Part shown: in pieces, positions 1-10,348 of the stretch
How positions within the stretch are numbered: position 1 is the first letter of the stretch
Layout: each line of letters begins with the position of its first letter
Assembly: GCA_963822965.1 (NCBI GenBank)
Contig: CAWGJT010000009.1
Location: forward strand, 16,020 to 80,019
Reading direction: 5' to 3'
DNA length: 64,000 nt
Source: an uncultured delta proteobacterium
GTDB lineage: Bacteria; Myxococcota_A; UBA9160; UBA4427
Translations under genes and position numbers: made by a program
The notes under the pieces: generated by a model
Told to the model about the DNA's origin: nothing
Databases searched by the model: none
The model's input: the letters and a program-made list of their open reading frames with translations, nothing else

Positions 1-1044
1 CCGAGGCGATCGTCAAGAACCCGTTCTTCCATCCCGCCTTCGGCTACGGTCGGGGCTTCGAGGCGATGCACGCCCTCTACGCGCAGCGGCGCGCGATCCG
101 CGAGAAGTATCCGAGCCCCGAGGCTCAGGCGGACGCGGTCTGGAAGGAGCTCATCGCACCGGTGGTCGCGGACGCAGTCGCGGCCCTTCTTCCTCTACCT
201 CCACGAGCTCGATCCCCACCACCCCTACGAGCCGCTTCCGCCCTACGACTCGCTCTACGCCGCCGCGTGGGACGGCGACAAGGAGCTTCTGCGGCAGCCA
301 CGACTTCGCCGCGCTCTACCGGCACGACGCCGAGCCTGCTGGACGCCGCGGGCAGCGCATACCTCAACTCCCAGTACGACGGCGAGGTGTCGTTCATGGA
401 TGCCTATCTGGGGCGTCTGCTCGAGCACCTGGACGCCTCGGGCCGGGCGAGCGAACACCCTCGTCGTGTTCGTGTCGGACCATGGCGAGTCGCTCACCGA
501 GCACCAGATCGTGGGACACGGCGTCGAGCTGTACGAGGAGATCCTGCGGGTTCCGATGATCCTCTCGCTTCCCGGGGTGATCCCGGAGGGCCGGCGGGTG
601 AAATCGGCGGTGGAGCTCGTGGACCTTCCGCGCACCCTCCTCGATCTGCTCGGCATCGAGGCGCCCGACACGATGCAGGGCCGCAGCCTGGTGCCGCTGA
701 TCGCGGGCGCGCACGACGTCGTTCCGCGGCCCACCTACGCACAGGCCCACTTCGCGAACCGCTACTCCTACGACGCGGTGATCCTCGGCCGCTGGAAGCT
801 GATCCGCCGCAATCCCGTGAACGAGGACGGCTTCGCCGCCTTCGAGCTCTACGACCTGCAGACCGACGCCGGCGAGCGCGACGACCGTTTCGACGACGAG
901 CCCATCGTGGGCGGCACGCTGCGGCAGATGCTCGCGTTCCAGGAGCGGGAGGACGAGAAGCGACGCGTCGCCCACGAGCCCGACCTGCAGGTGCTCGACC
1001 CCGAGCTGCGCAAGAACCTCGAGGCGCTCGGCTACCTGGACTGA
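1..1044 (+). CDS. Sulfatase-like (alkaline phosphatase superfamily) protein, 5'-truncated by window edge, frameshifted
   Basis: Across frames: FFLYLHELDPHHPY (~186-230), YDGEV, VSDHGE, LYEEILRVPMI, FELYDL, C-terminal LEALGYLD ending at 1044. Confidence 0.85.
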   Translation, partial: PRRSSRTRSSIPPSATVGASRRCTPSTRSGARSARSIRAPRLRRTRSGRSSSHRWSRTQSRPFFLYLHELDPHHPYEPLPPYDSLYAAAWDGDKELLRQPRLRRALPARRRACWTPRAAHTSTPSTTARCRSWMPIWGVCSSTWTPRAGRANTLVVFVSDHGESLTEHQIVGHGVELYEEILRVPMILSLPGVIPEGRRVKSAVELVDLPRTLLDLLGIEAPDTMQGRSLVPLIAGAHDVVPRPTYAQAHFANRYSYDAVILGRWKLIRRNPVNEDGFAAFELYDLQTDAGERDDRFDDEPIVGGTLRQMLAFQEREDEKRRVAHEPDLQVLDPELRKNLEALGYLD

Positions 1045-1059
1045 TCCCGGGGGAGCCCG

Positions 1060-3246
1060 TCAATCGAGATAGCCGAGGGCGCGCAGCTTCTCCTGCAGGT
1101 CGGGGTCGACCGCGTCCGGCGCCGCGGCGTCCTCCGCTCCCAGGCGATCGTGCAGGCCCTTCGTGGCCATGTCGTAGCGGCGCAGGAGCCTGATCAGGTC
1201 GTCCGCCGCGGCCGGGTCCCTTGCGAACAGGTCCTCGGTCTCCAGGGGATCGCGGGCGAGGTCGTAGAGCTCGTAGCGGAAGGCGTCGTCGCCGCCCTTG
1301 CCGGTCCTCGCCCGCACGAGCTTGCGGTCTCCCAGCTGCAGGGCCAGGGTGGGTTGCGGAACGAGATCGAAGCCGTGGGCGCGATAGGCGCGCTCCGCCC
1401 AGGCTTCGCTGTAGATCGGCCGGGGCTCGGGAGGCGGCTCCGGCTCGCCCCGGACGAGCGCCGCCTGGCTGCGCCCCATCTCCGCGCCCGTCGGCGCCAC
1501 CCCCAGCAGGCCGAGCAGCGTCGGCATCAGGTCCACCATCGGCACCGGGTTGGCGAGACGGCGACCGGCGGGCACGTCCGGCCCGACCACGACGAGGGGA
1601 ACGTCGACGACCTCGCGGTGGACGTTCGCGCCGTGCGCCACGAAGCCGTGCTCGAGAAAGGCCTCGCCGTGGTCGGAGGTCACCACGAGGTAGGCGTTCT
1701 CGAGCACGCCGAGGTCCTTCAGCCGAGTCCACGAGCGCCCGCACCTGGTCGTCCGTGTAGCGGATCTCGCGGTCGTAGAGCCGCGGGTCCCAGTCCGAGC
1801 GCAGCTCCGGGCGGCGGAGCCAGGGGACCGGGATCGCCGGTGAAGAAGCGGTCGTAGGCGGCGGGCGGCGTGAACGGGTTGTGGACCTGGTAGGTGTGCA
1901 GGAAGAGGAAGAAGCGTCGATCCCGATGGGACGCCAGCCAGTCGAGGCCGGTCGCGAAGGTCTTCTCGACGTGTCCGGTGCGCAGGTCGGCGCTGGTCGG
2001 CGTCCCGGTTCTCGACGTAGAAGCCGAAGCCGCGGCCGAAGCCCCGGGAGCGGTCGATGGCCCCGTCCTCGGTGACCGCGGCGGTCGCGAATCCAGCGCC
2101 GCGCAGCAGCTCGGCCAGGGTCGTGGCCGAGACCGGCAACGTGCGCACGCCGGTGTTCTCCGTGGCGCCGTGCACCGACGGCTGCAGCGACGTGAACATC
2201 GTCATGTGCGAGGGACGCGTGCTCGAGGCGGCGGCCACGTAGTGCTCGAAGAGCACCCCTTCGGCCGCGAGCGCGTCGACGAAGGGCGTGGTGTCCCGCG
2301 CGTACCCGTAGCTGCCCAGGTGATCCGCGCGCAGCGTGTCGATGGAGACGAGCACGAGGCTGCGCTCGTCCTTCCCGCGCGGCCCGGGCGCGAGCAGCAC
2401 GGGATCGGCGAAGACCGGAAGGCTGCGCGCGTCGGCGCCGCCCGCCGGCGCGGCGGAGAAGCGCAGCCGGATCTTCCGGCCGGCGCGCTCCTGCAGGCCC
2501 AGGGACCGCTCGAGGAAGCCGCGCCCGGCCGGCTCGGACGGGTCGACGCGCGAGCGGAAGAGGGGCTCGCAGGCGCCGTCGGCCTCCGGCGCCCGGTACG
2601 TCGAACAGGCGTCGAGGGCGAAGTCGACGGGGCCGGACGCCCAGGCGGGCTCGAGCACCGCCACCGCGAAGTCGAGACGCGCGCGCGGGGGCACCGTGAA
2701 GGCGGCGCTCTCCTCACGGGTCTCTTCGCGCGCGAGCGGCGCCAACGCCTGCACCCAGACGCCCGCGCGACGGCCGGCGGCCTCGGGCAGCTCGAAGCGA
2801 ACCTCCACCCGCAGCTTGCCGTTCTCGAGCCGCGACGGGACGCGGCGCCCGGGCAGGGCGATCCAGCGGTCTCCGGGCTTCACCCGGATGGAGAGAAAGA
2901 CCGAATCGCCCTGCACGCTCTCGGGCAGCGGCGGGTTCATGCGCACGACGCCGTCCTCGGGAACCCGGTACTCCGGCGCGTAGTTCAAGGTGACGGCCGG
3001 AGCGCCGCGCAGCACGGGCCGGCTCTCGCTGCCGACGGTCGCCGTGGGCGGCAGCCGGGTGGCGGTGCGCGCCGGCACGAAGCGCTCCACGGTCTGCCAG
3101 ATCTCGCCCGCTGCGAGCGCGACCGGGGGCGTGCCCGACGTCTCCGTCGGGGTGGCCGACTCGGGCCCGGTCTCGGAGCAGGACGCGACCACCCCGATGC
3201 AGGAGGCCACGAGGAGCAGACGCACGCGGGGACGGCACCGGGTCAC
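1060..3246 (-). CDS. Sulfatase-like lipoprotein with long N-terminal extension (internal frameshifts ~1740-1990)
   Basis: Lipobox VVASC; SIDTLRADHL; AASSTRPSH; TSDHGE; ELYDL; C-terminal LRALGYLD. Confidence 0.85.
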   Translation of the reverse strand: MTRCRPRVRLLLVASCIGVVASCSETGPESATPTETSGTPPVALAAGEIWQTVERFVPARTATRLPPTATVGSESRPVLRGAPAVTLNYAPEYRVPEDGVVRMNPPLPESVQGDSVFLSIRVKPGDRWIALPGRRVPSRLENGKLRVEVRFELPEAAGRRAGVWVQALAPLAREETREESAAFTVPPRARLDFAVAVLEPAWASGPVDFALDACSTYRAPEADGACEPLFRSRVDPSEPAGRGFLERSLGLQERAGRKIRLRFSAAPAGGADARSLPVFADPVLLAPGPRGKDERSLVLVSIDTLRADHLGSYGYARDTTPFVDALAAEGVLFEHYVAAASSTRPSHMTMFTSLQPSVHGATENTGVRTLPVSATTLAELLRGAGFATAAVTEDGAIDRSRGFGRGFGFYVENRDADQRRPAHRTRREDLRDRPRLAGVPSGSTLLPLPAHLPGPQPVHAARRLRPLLHRRSRSPGSAARSCARTGTRGSTTARSATRTTRCGRSWTRLKDLGVLENAYLVVTSDHGEAFLEHGFVAHGANVHREVVDVPLVVVGPDVPAGRRLANPVPMVDLMPTLLGLLGVAPTGAEMGRSQAALVRGEPEPPPEPRPIYSEAWAERAYRAHGFDLVPQPTLALQLGDRKLVRARTGKGGDDAFRYELYDLARDPLETEDLFARDPAAADDLIRLLRRYDMATKGLHDRLGAEDAAAPDAVDPDLQEKLRALGYLD

Positions 3247-3321
3247 GCGCCGATGCTATCCCAACCAGGCATCCGGCGACGGGCGAGGACCCTGCGCGCG
3301 AAGCGAGCTAGCCTGCGGCGC

Positions 3322-4683
3322 GTGCAGAGGGCAGACGATCGATGGCCCCGCTTCCGCGTCTCCGGATCGCTCCCCGGTCTCGCCGCGCTCGTGGCCGGGC
3401 TCGCGTGCGCGGTGCTCGCCTGCTCGGGTCGGGCGGCCGGTCCGCGCCCGAACATCCTGCTGGTGGTCGTGGATACCCTGCGCGCCGACCATCTCGGCTG
3501 CTACGGCTATCCCCGCGACACGACGCCCCACCTGGACGCCCTGGCGCGGGACGCCATCCGCTACACGCATGCGTTCAGCCAGGCGCCCTGGACCACCCCG
3601 TCCGTGGCCGCGCTCATGACCTCGCACTACCCCGGCAGCCTCGGCATCCGCAACGTTCAGTCGCCCGTGCCCGAGGACGTGGTGCTGCTGCCCGAGCTGC
3701 TGCAGCAGGCGGGCTACCGGACCGGCGCGTTCGTGAGCCACTCCTTCGTCTCCCAGAAGTGGGGCTTCGGCCGGGGCTTCGGCGTCTTCGACGAGAGCAA
3801 CATCAAGGGCCACATGGCGACGACCTCGCCCGCGGTCACCGACCTGGCGATCTCCTGGCTCGACGGGGCGGCGGACTCCGACGCGCCCTTCTTCCTCTTC
3901 GTGCACTACTTCGACCCCCACTTCGGCTACATCGAGCATCCGGACTTCGCGTTCGGCGGGCGCGACCCGTCCTACCGGGGCAGGGTCCACTCGGGGGTGC
4001 AGCCGGGGCGCTTCGCGGGCAACCCCGAGAGCCTCGACGAGGGCGACCTGCGGGAGCTGGAGCGGCTCTACGACTCGGAGATCGGCCTCACCGACGCGTC
4101 CATCGGGCGCCTGCTGGACGCCCTGCGCGAGCGCGGGCTCTACGACGACGCCGTCGTGATCGTGTCGGGCGACCACGGTGAGGAGTTCCTCGACCACGGC
4201 GCCCTGGACCACGCCAAGACCCTCTACGACGAGCTGATGAACGTGCCGCTGCTGGTGAAGCTGCCGGGCCGCGCCGCGGCGGTGGTCGATCGCCCGGTCG
4301 CCCTGATCGACGTGCTTCCCACGCTCGTGGCGTGGCTCGGCCTGGAGCCGCCGCCGGGCGTGCGCGGCGTGAGCCTGCTGGCCGACGGGGCGGACCCCGC
4401 CCGCCCGATCTTCTTCGAGACCCAGCGGCTGCGCGACCTGCGGGGCGTCGTGGTCGGCGACCAGAAGCTCATTCTCGATCTCGAGACCGGAAAGACCCTC
4501 CTCTTCGATCTCGCCGCCGACCCCCGCGAGCAGCGAGACCTGAGCGACGAGCGGCCCGACGAGGTGCTGGCCCTGAAGCAGCTGGTGGAGGCCTGGGGCG
4601 CCCAGGACAACGGCGCGGACGGGACGCACGTCGAGCTCAGCGACGAGGAGCGAGAGCGGCTGAAGGCACTGGGCTACCTGTGA
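3322..4683 (+). CDS. Sulfatase-like lipoprotein
   Basis: AVLAC lipobox, RPNILLVVVDTLRADHL, APWTTPS, HYFDPH, GDHGE, C-terminal LKALGYL; start uncertain (GTG 3322). Confidence 0.85.
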   Translation: MQRADDRWPRFRVSGSLPGLAALVAGLACAVLACSGRAAGPRPNILLVVVDTLRADHLGCYGYPRDTTPHLDALARDAIRYTHAFSQAPWTTPSVAALMTSHYPGSLGIRNVQSPVPEDVVLLPELLQQAGYRTGAFVSHSFVSQKWGFGRGFGVFDESNIKGHMATTSPAVTDLAISWLDGAADSDAPFFLFVHYFDPHFGYIEHPDFAFGGRDPSYRGRVHSGVQPGRFAGNPESLDEGDLRELERLYDSEIGLTDASIGRLLDALRERGLYDDAVVIVSGDHGEEFLDHGALDHAKTLYDELMNVPLLVKLPGRAAAVVDRPVALIDVLPTLVAWLGLEPPPGVRGVSLLADGADPARPIFFETQRLRDLRGVVVGDQKLILDLETGKTLLFDLAADPREQRDLSDERPDEVLALKQLVEAWGAQDNGADGTHVELSDEERERLKALGYL

Positions 4684-4757
4684 CGAGCGGCTGCGGGACG
4701 GGCACTCGTCGACGGACGCCGCCGGGCCGATGAGCCCTCCATGGCGACGGACCCTCC

Positions 4758-5975
4758 ATGAAGGAGCACATCGTCGCGCCCGCCGCGGCGGCGACGGCCT
4801 GCCTGCTGATGCTGCTGGCCCTGCAGCTGCAGGCCGAGCCGCTCTCCCCGCAGTCCCTGGCCAACCGACACTTCGCGGAGACGCCGAGCTACGCCACCGC
4901 GCTGGCCGAGCTGAACCGCGCCTGGCCACCCGGATATCCGACCCTGCTCTGGTGCGCGACCGCGCTGGGCATGCCCCTAGGAGCGGTGAACCCGCTGCTG
5001 CTGCTCGCCACCCTCGCGCTCCTGGTCCCGGTGACCCGCCGGGTGGCGCCCGGCGTCCACCCGGCGTGGGGCATCGCCCTGTACGCGGCGGGGAGCTTCC
5101 ACGCCTTCAACCTGCACCAGCTCGTCTCGGAGGCCCTGCTGATCCCCCTGGCGCTGTGCGCGCTGCTCTGCGCGCTGCGCTGCATCGATCTCGATCGCCT
5201 CGCGGACCGGGCTCTGCTGTGCGCCACCCTGGCCGCCTGCTGCCTCACGCGGTACTTCGCGCTCGTGTGGCTGCTGCCCGCCTTCGGCGCGGCCATGGTG
5301 CTGCAACCGGCCGACGGCGGGCGGGCCCCGCTCGCCCGCCGCGTGGGCCGGGCGGCCGGCGTCGTCGGAATCGCCGTTCTCCCGGTCGCCCTGTGGATGC
5401 TGCACGCGCGGCTCACGACGGGATACCTCACGGGCATGGAGCGATTCGCACCGCGCGGCTTCAGCGACAAGACGTCGCTCACCGGCAACCTGCTCCTCAC
5501 CGGGCAGACCGTCCTGCTCGACTGGCTCGCACCGGGAACGGACGCCTCCCACGCGGCGGTGGGCTCGGGGGGCACGTTCGACCCGCTGGGCCTCTCCCTG
5601 GCGGCGACGGCGATCGGGCTCGCCGGCTGGTGCGGGGCGACGGCGCTTCGCACGCCCGCCCCGACGGGCGGGCGGCCGGGCGTGCTCTGGTGGCTGCTGC
5701 CGGCCCTGTCCGTCGGCTACGTGGTGGTCCTGGTCGTCGTCTGGACGCTGGGCAACAATGATCCGATCTACAGCCGCTTCCTCTATCCGTCCTACGTGTT
5801 CTTCGTGCTGGCCGGCTTCCACGTCCACTCGCACGTGAAGCGCGCCCACCCGCCGGGCAGCGCTGGCCGCGGCGGCGCGCTGCTGCCGTTCCGGCTGCTG
5901 TATGCGCTGCTCCTCGCGAGCCTCGGCGCGGGCACCCTCGTCTCCGCGTCGCGGATCTGGGGGACGGTCTCGTGA
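4758..5975 (+). CDS. Polytopic membrane protein, probable GT-C (ArnT/PMT-like) glycosyltransferase
   Basis: Many hydrophobic segments; WPPGYP, LVSEAL, LTRY and RFLYP motifs reminiscent of GT-C fold proteins. Confidence 0.55.
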   Translation: MKEHIVAPAAAATACLLMLLALQLQAEPLSPQSLANRHFAETPSYATALAELNRAWPPGYPTLLWCATALGMPLGAVNPLLLLATLALLVPVTRRVAPGVHPAWGIALYAAGSFHAFNLHQLVSEALLIPLALCALLCALRCIDLDRLADRALLCATLAACCLTRYFALVWLLPAFGAAMVLQPADGGRAPLARRVGRAAGVVGIAVLPVALWMLHARLTTGYLTGMERFAPRGFSDKTSLTGNLLLTGQTVLLDWLAPGTDASHAAVGSGGTFDPLGLSLAATAIGLAGWCGATALRTPAPTGGRPGVLWWLLPALSVGYVVVLVVVWTLGNNDPIYSRFLYPSYVFFVLAGFHVHSHVKRAHPPGSAGRGGALLPFRLLYALLLASLGAGTLVSASRIWGTVS

Positions 5976-8225
5976 GCCGGTAACCCGAGCCTCGGGCAGC
6001 GACGCCGAGGGCGACGGCGGCGAGCGCGTTCTGCTCGTGTCCCTGGCGGTGCTGCTGCCGCCCGTGCTCCTGCGCCTGCGGCTGCTGCTGGATGCCGGTG
6101 CCGCGATCGGCCCGGCCGACGCCGCCGGCTGGCTCGCGGATCTCGGGGTCTCGGGCGTCGTGCTCGCCGTGGTGCTCGTGTGCCTGCGCGCCGGGTCCTG
6201 GCTGGGCCTCGCCGCCGTCACCGCGTGGATCGCCGCGAACCTCGTGAGCTACGAGTCGATCCGCGCCCTCGACGCCCTGCCCTCGTTCCGGGACGCCTCG
6301 TATCTCGCCGATCCCACCTTCGTCGCGGGCTCGGGTCTGGGTGCGCTCTCGGGGGGGATCGCGCCCTGGATGCTCGGCGGCGCGCTGGTGTTCGCCTGGC
6401 TGGGACGCCGAGCGAAGGCCAGGCCGCGAACCGTGCTGCTGGGCGCTGGCGGCGGGAGCCGCTGCTGCTCGGGCTCCACACCCGGCTCGCCTGGCGACCC
6501 GACCTCGCCGACTGGCGCCAGACCCACGCGCTGCTGCAGAACGTCGTCGACGCCGCCGAGGTCGCGCCGGCGCCGCCGCAGACTCCCGATCTCGAGACCG
6601 TCACCGCGGCCCTCGCCGCGAATCTCGACGGTGCGCCGACCCTCGGCACGCGGCCCGCCGCCCCCAACGTGCTGCTCGCTCCTCATCGAGTCCATGTCCG
6701 GCGCCTACCTGCCCTCGCTGGCCGCCGCCCACGGCCGCGAGGTCGCACCGTCCTCCATGCCCCGGCTCGACGCCTTCGCGCGCCGGCACCTGGCGTTCTC
6801 GACCTTCGTCGTCCACCAGGTGAACACCAACCGCGGCCTCTACGCGGCCCTGTGCGGCGACCTCCCAAGCTGCTGCCGGGCACGCCGAAGATGTCCGTCC
6901 ACGCCGCCCGCGGCATCGACACCTGCCTGCCCGGCCTGCTGCGGGACGCGGGCTACCACACCGCCTACCTGCAGGCGGCCCCGCTGGCCTTCATGCTGAA
7001 GGACCAGTTCATGCCGCGAATCGGCTTCGAGCAGGTCTTCGGCGCGGGAAGCTTCGAGAAGCGCCAGCGCCCGCAGCGCCTGGGGCGTGGACGACGGAAC
7101 CCTGCTGGAGCGCGGCGTCGAGCTGGTGTCGGAGCTGCGGCGCGCGGGCGGGCCCTGGTTCCTGCGACGATGCTCACGGTGGGCACCCACCATCCGTACC
7201 TGGTGCCTCCGGACTTCGAGCCCGAGCACGGACGACGACTTCGAGCGGGCCGTCGCCTACGCGGACCTCGAGGTGGCGCGCTTCCTGGACGCGCTCGAAG
7301 CCATGGGGGTGCTCGAGGACACCCTGGTGCTCGTCACCAGCGACGAGTCGCGGGGACTGCGAGGCGCGGGCGACCCCCTCTCCCAGTCGTGAGCCAGGGG
7401 TGGGGCCTGCTGGTGGCGGCGGGGCCCGGCATCGACCCCGGCCTCGTGAGCACGCCCTTCGCCCTCTCCGACCTGCCGCTGTCGGTGCTCGACTACCTGT
7501 CCCTGGGCGAGACCGGACGGCGCGCGGGGCTGCTGGGACGCAGCGTCTTCCGCGCGCCCTCCCATCCTCGCTACGTCTTCTTCGGCAACACCCGCCGCGA
7601 CGCGGTAGGCGCCATCGATCCCCAGGGCCGGCTGCTCCTGTGCCGCCGCCACTTCCGCTCCTGCGAGGGCTTCCGGGTGCCCGACGGCGCCTTCGGGGCG
7701 CGGCGCATTCCGATCCCGTGGGCGCCCGACCGCGGCGGAATCCTGGCGGCCGCCGCGCGGTGGAGCCTGACCAGCGGACCGCCTCCCGAAGCCAGCGCGT
7801 CCATCGAGCTGATGGCCGACCGCCGGGTTCCGCTGGACCAGGACGAGACGCGGCTCCTCCACGGGGGTCAGAACGTCGAGCTGATGGCGGGTCAGTGGCT
7901 CGAGGTGGAGCTGTCGCTGCGGGTCGAGGGAGACAACGAGGTCGAGCTGGAGCACATCCTGCGAGATCCCCTGCACGTCCACCTCGACCAGAAGCGAACG
8001 ATCCCCGCCGGCGGCGAGTACCACCTCGCGTACACGTTCGTGCCCGGCAAGCCCGTGGACAAGATCCAGTGCATGTCGACGGCGCGACCCCTGGACGGCG
8101 TGCGCCCGGGCGCTGCCCTCGACTTCTCCGTGGCGCGCATGCACGTGCGATCCACGGGCGAGCGACCGCCTCCGGGTCTCCACTTCCTGCGAGACGACGT
8201 CGTGCCCCGGGGCGAGAGCCCGCGG
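5972..8225 (+). CDS. LTA-synthase-like membrane-anchored sulfatase-fold protein (multiple frameshifts; ends approximate)
   Basis: N-terminal TM helices, then PNVLL-IESMSG, VNTNRG, LTVGTHHPY, AVAYAD, TSDES pieced from ORFs 5902-6999, 7087-7392 and 6180-8462. Confidence 0.65.
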
Positions 8226-9233
8226 CTACCAGCCGCGCAGGTCCACCGGCCAGCTCTCGAGCACCGTCTCGCCCGAGAAGACGTGCAGCTGCTCGTGGTA
8301 GGCGATGGTCGGGTCGACGTGGCCGGGAACCAGGCGCACGCGGTCGCCCACGGCGACCGCGTGCCCTCGTCGGGCGCGAACGTGACGTGCTCGTCGGAGC
8401 AGAACCACAGCTTGCCGCCCTCCAGCGGTCGGGATTGCCGTGGTCCATGCCCAGGGACTTGAGCCCGCCGTCGGCCACCGCGTAGCGCTCGGAGACCGAG
8501 ATGACCGTGCACCACAGGAAGAGCGCCTGCTGGAGCGGCAGCTCGAGCTTCGCGTAGGCGGTGTCCATCAGCGCGTAGGAGCCGGCCTGGATCTCCGTCG
8601 CCCAGCGGTTGCAGTCGTACGTGCCGGTGCCGCCGGCCGAGACGACGTCTCCACCCACCTGCGCGTGGGCGCGCAGCAGCAGCGACATGCTCTCCTCGCA
8701 GCCGGCCTGCCGGGCCGCGCGGTCCGGGTTGCCGACCACGTGCCCCTCGTAGCCCATCACGCCGCGCACGCCGAGGCCTTCCTCGCCGCGCGAGATCGGC
8801 CAGCGGCCCCGCGCGTTCGACCGCACAGCCGCAGCGCGGGAAGACCGACGTTGACGTCGACCAGCACCTCGCGCACGCCCGCGCGCGCCGCCGCCCGGAT
8901 CGTCTCCTCGGAATCGACCGCGACGGTGACCCGCGCGTCGAGAGCGGCGAGGCGCTGGAGGCGCTCGGGATCGACCACCTCGTTCGCCAGCAGCAGGTCG
9001 TCCCCGAGCCCGGCCCGCGCCATCCCGACCATCTCGCGCACCGTGGCGCACGTGAAGGCCCGGTGGCCCCGCTCGGCCTGCCGCTTCGCCAGCGCCGTGC
9101 ACTTGTGGGCCTTCACGTGCGGCCGCAGGCGCGCGCCCGGCAGCGCGGCGCTGAACGTCGCGAGGTTCGCGTCGAGGGCGGCCGCGTCGACCAGCAGGGC
9201 GGGGGTTCCGAGATCGTGGATGCTGCGCGCCAT
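8226..9233 (-). CDS. DSD1/D-threonine aldolase family PLP-dependent enzyme (alanine racemase fold), frameshifted
   Basis: TPALLVD, LRPHVKAHK (PLP Lys), GVMGYEGH, SAGGTGT, EIQAGSY, SDEH, C-terminal WPVDLRGW. Confidence 0.85.
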
Positions 9234-9401
9234 GAGGGCCCTCCGCCGGGGGATCGTAGGGGTCGAGCGCTCCGGATCGCCAGCCGCGGCGAGAAGGTCG
9301 CGAAGAGGCGCTGCGATCGGCCCGCCGCAGCGGGGTGCTTCGGCGGCGTCCGGGCTACATTCCGTCGCCGTGAGCGTCCCCCTCCCCGCTTCCTGCAGCT
9401 G

Positions 9402-10346
9402 ATGCGCACCCCGCTCGTCCGCCGCGTCGCCGCCGTCCTTCTGGCGCTCGCCGTCTCCGGGGCCGCCCGGGTGGCGGACGCGCATGCGCACCTCGATCGT
9501 TCGGAGCCCGCGGCGGGCAGCACCGTCGAGACCGCACCCACCCGGGTACGGGTGTGGTTCTCCGAGTCCGTCGACGGAGCCGTCAGCGGGCTGTCCGTGC
9601 TCGACGCGACGGGCACGGCCGTCGACCGGAACGACAGCGCACGAGACGGTGCGGACGAAAAGCTCGTCTCCGTGTCGCTCCCGGCCGATCTGCCGGAAGG
9701 CGTGTACACCGTTCAGTGGAGGGCGGTCACCGGGGACGACGGTGCTCGCACGTCGGGCGAGTTCCAGTTCGGGGTGGGAGAGGCGGCTCCGGCACCCGCC
9801 CCGGCGACGTCCGTCCCCTGGGGCGGCATCGATGCCGGCGTTCGCATCGACGAGCCCGCAGACGGTGCGCGCGTGCAAGGCCCCGACGTGCCGCTCGCGA
9901 TCCACTTGCGGGGCGTCACCCTGATCGCGATGGGATCGCAGGACGCGCCAGCACCGGGAACCCTCGGCGGACACCTCCACGTCTCGGCCGACGGCACGAT
10001 GATCGGCATGGTCCCGACCGGGACGGGGCTGGTGCTGCGCAACCTGGCGAACGGGCCCCACGAGATCGCCGTCGAGATCGCGGCCCCCGACCACCTGCCC
10101 TATGACCCGCCCATCGAGGCCCGGGCGCGGATCACGGTCACCGGCAGCACCGGCACGGGAGCCGTGACCCTGACGGCCGGCGGCGTCCGAGCCGTCACGA
10201 CCCCGCCGCCCAGCGGGCTGGCGGCCAGCCTCCCGACCTGGCCGGTGACGGCCGGGGTCCTGTTGGTGGCGCTCCTCGCACTCGGCACCATCGCCTGGAA
10301 GGTCACGTCGCGCTGGGCGCCGCCCGAAGACGGCGAAGACGGCTGA
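9402..10346 (+). CDS. CopC-domain protein fused to a His-containing beta domain and C-terminal TM anchor
   Basis: Signal peptide ADA|HAHLDRSEPAAG, VWFSE, YTVQWRAV; second domain GHLHVSADG...GPHEI...DHLP; C-terminal hydrophobic helix. Confidence 0.8.
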   Translation: MRTPLVRRVAAVLLALAVSGAARVADAHAHLDRSEPAAGSTVETAPTRVRVWFSESVDGAVSGLSVLDATGTAVDRNDSARDGADEKLVSVSLPADLPEGVYTVQWRAVTGDDGARTSGEFQFGVGEAAPAPAPATSVPWGGIDAGVRIDEPADGARVQGPDVPLAIHLRGVTLIAMGSQDAPAPGTLGGHLHVSADGTMIGMVPTGTGLVLRNLANGPHEIAVEIAAPDHLPYDPPIEARARITVTGSTGTGAVTLTAGGVRAVTTPPPSGLAASLPTWPVTAGVLLVALLALGTIAWKVTSRWAPPEDGEDG

Positions 10347-10348
10347 CC

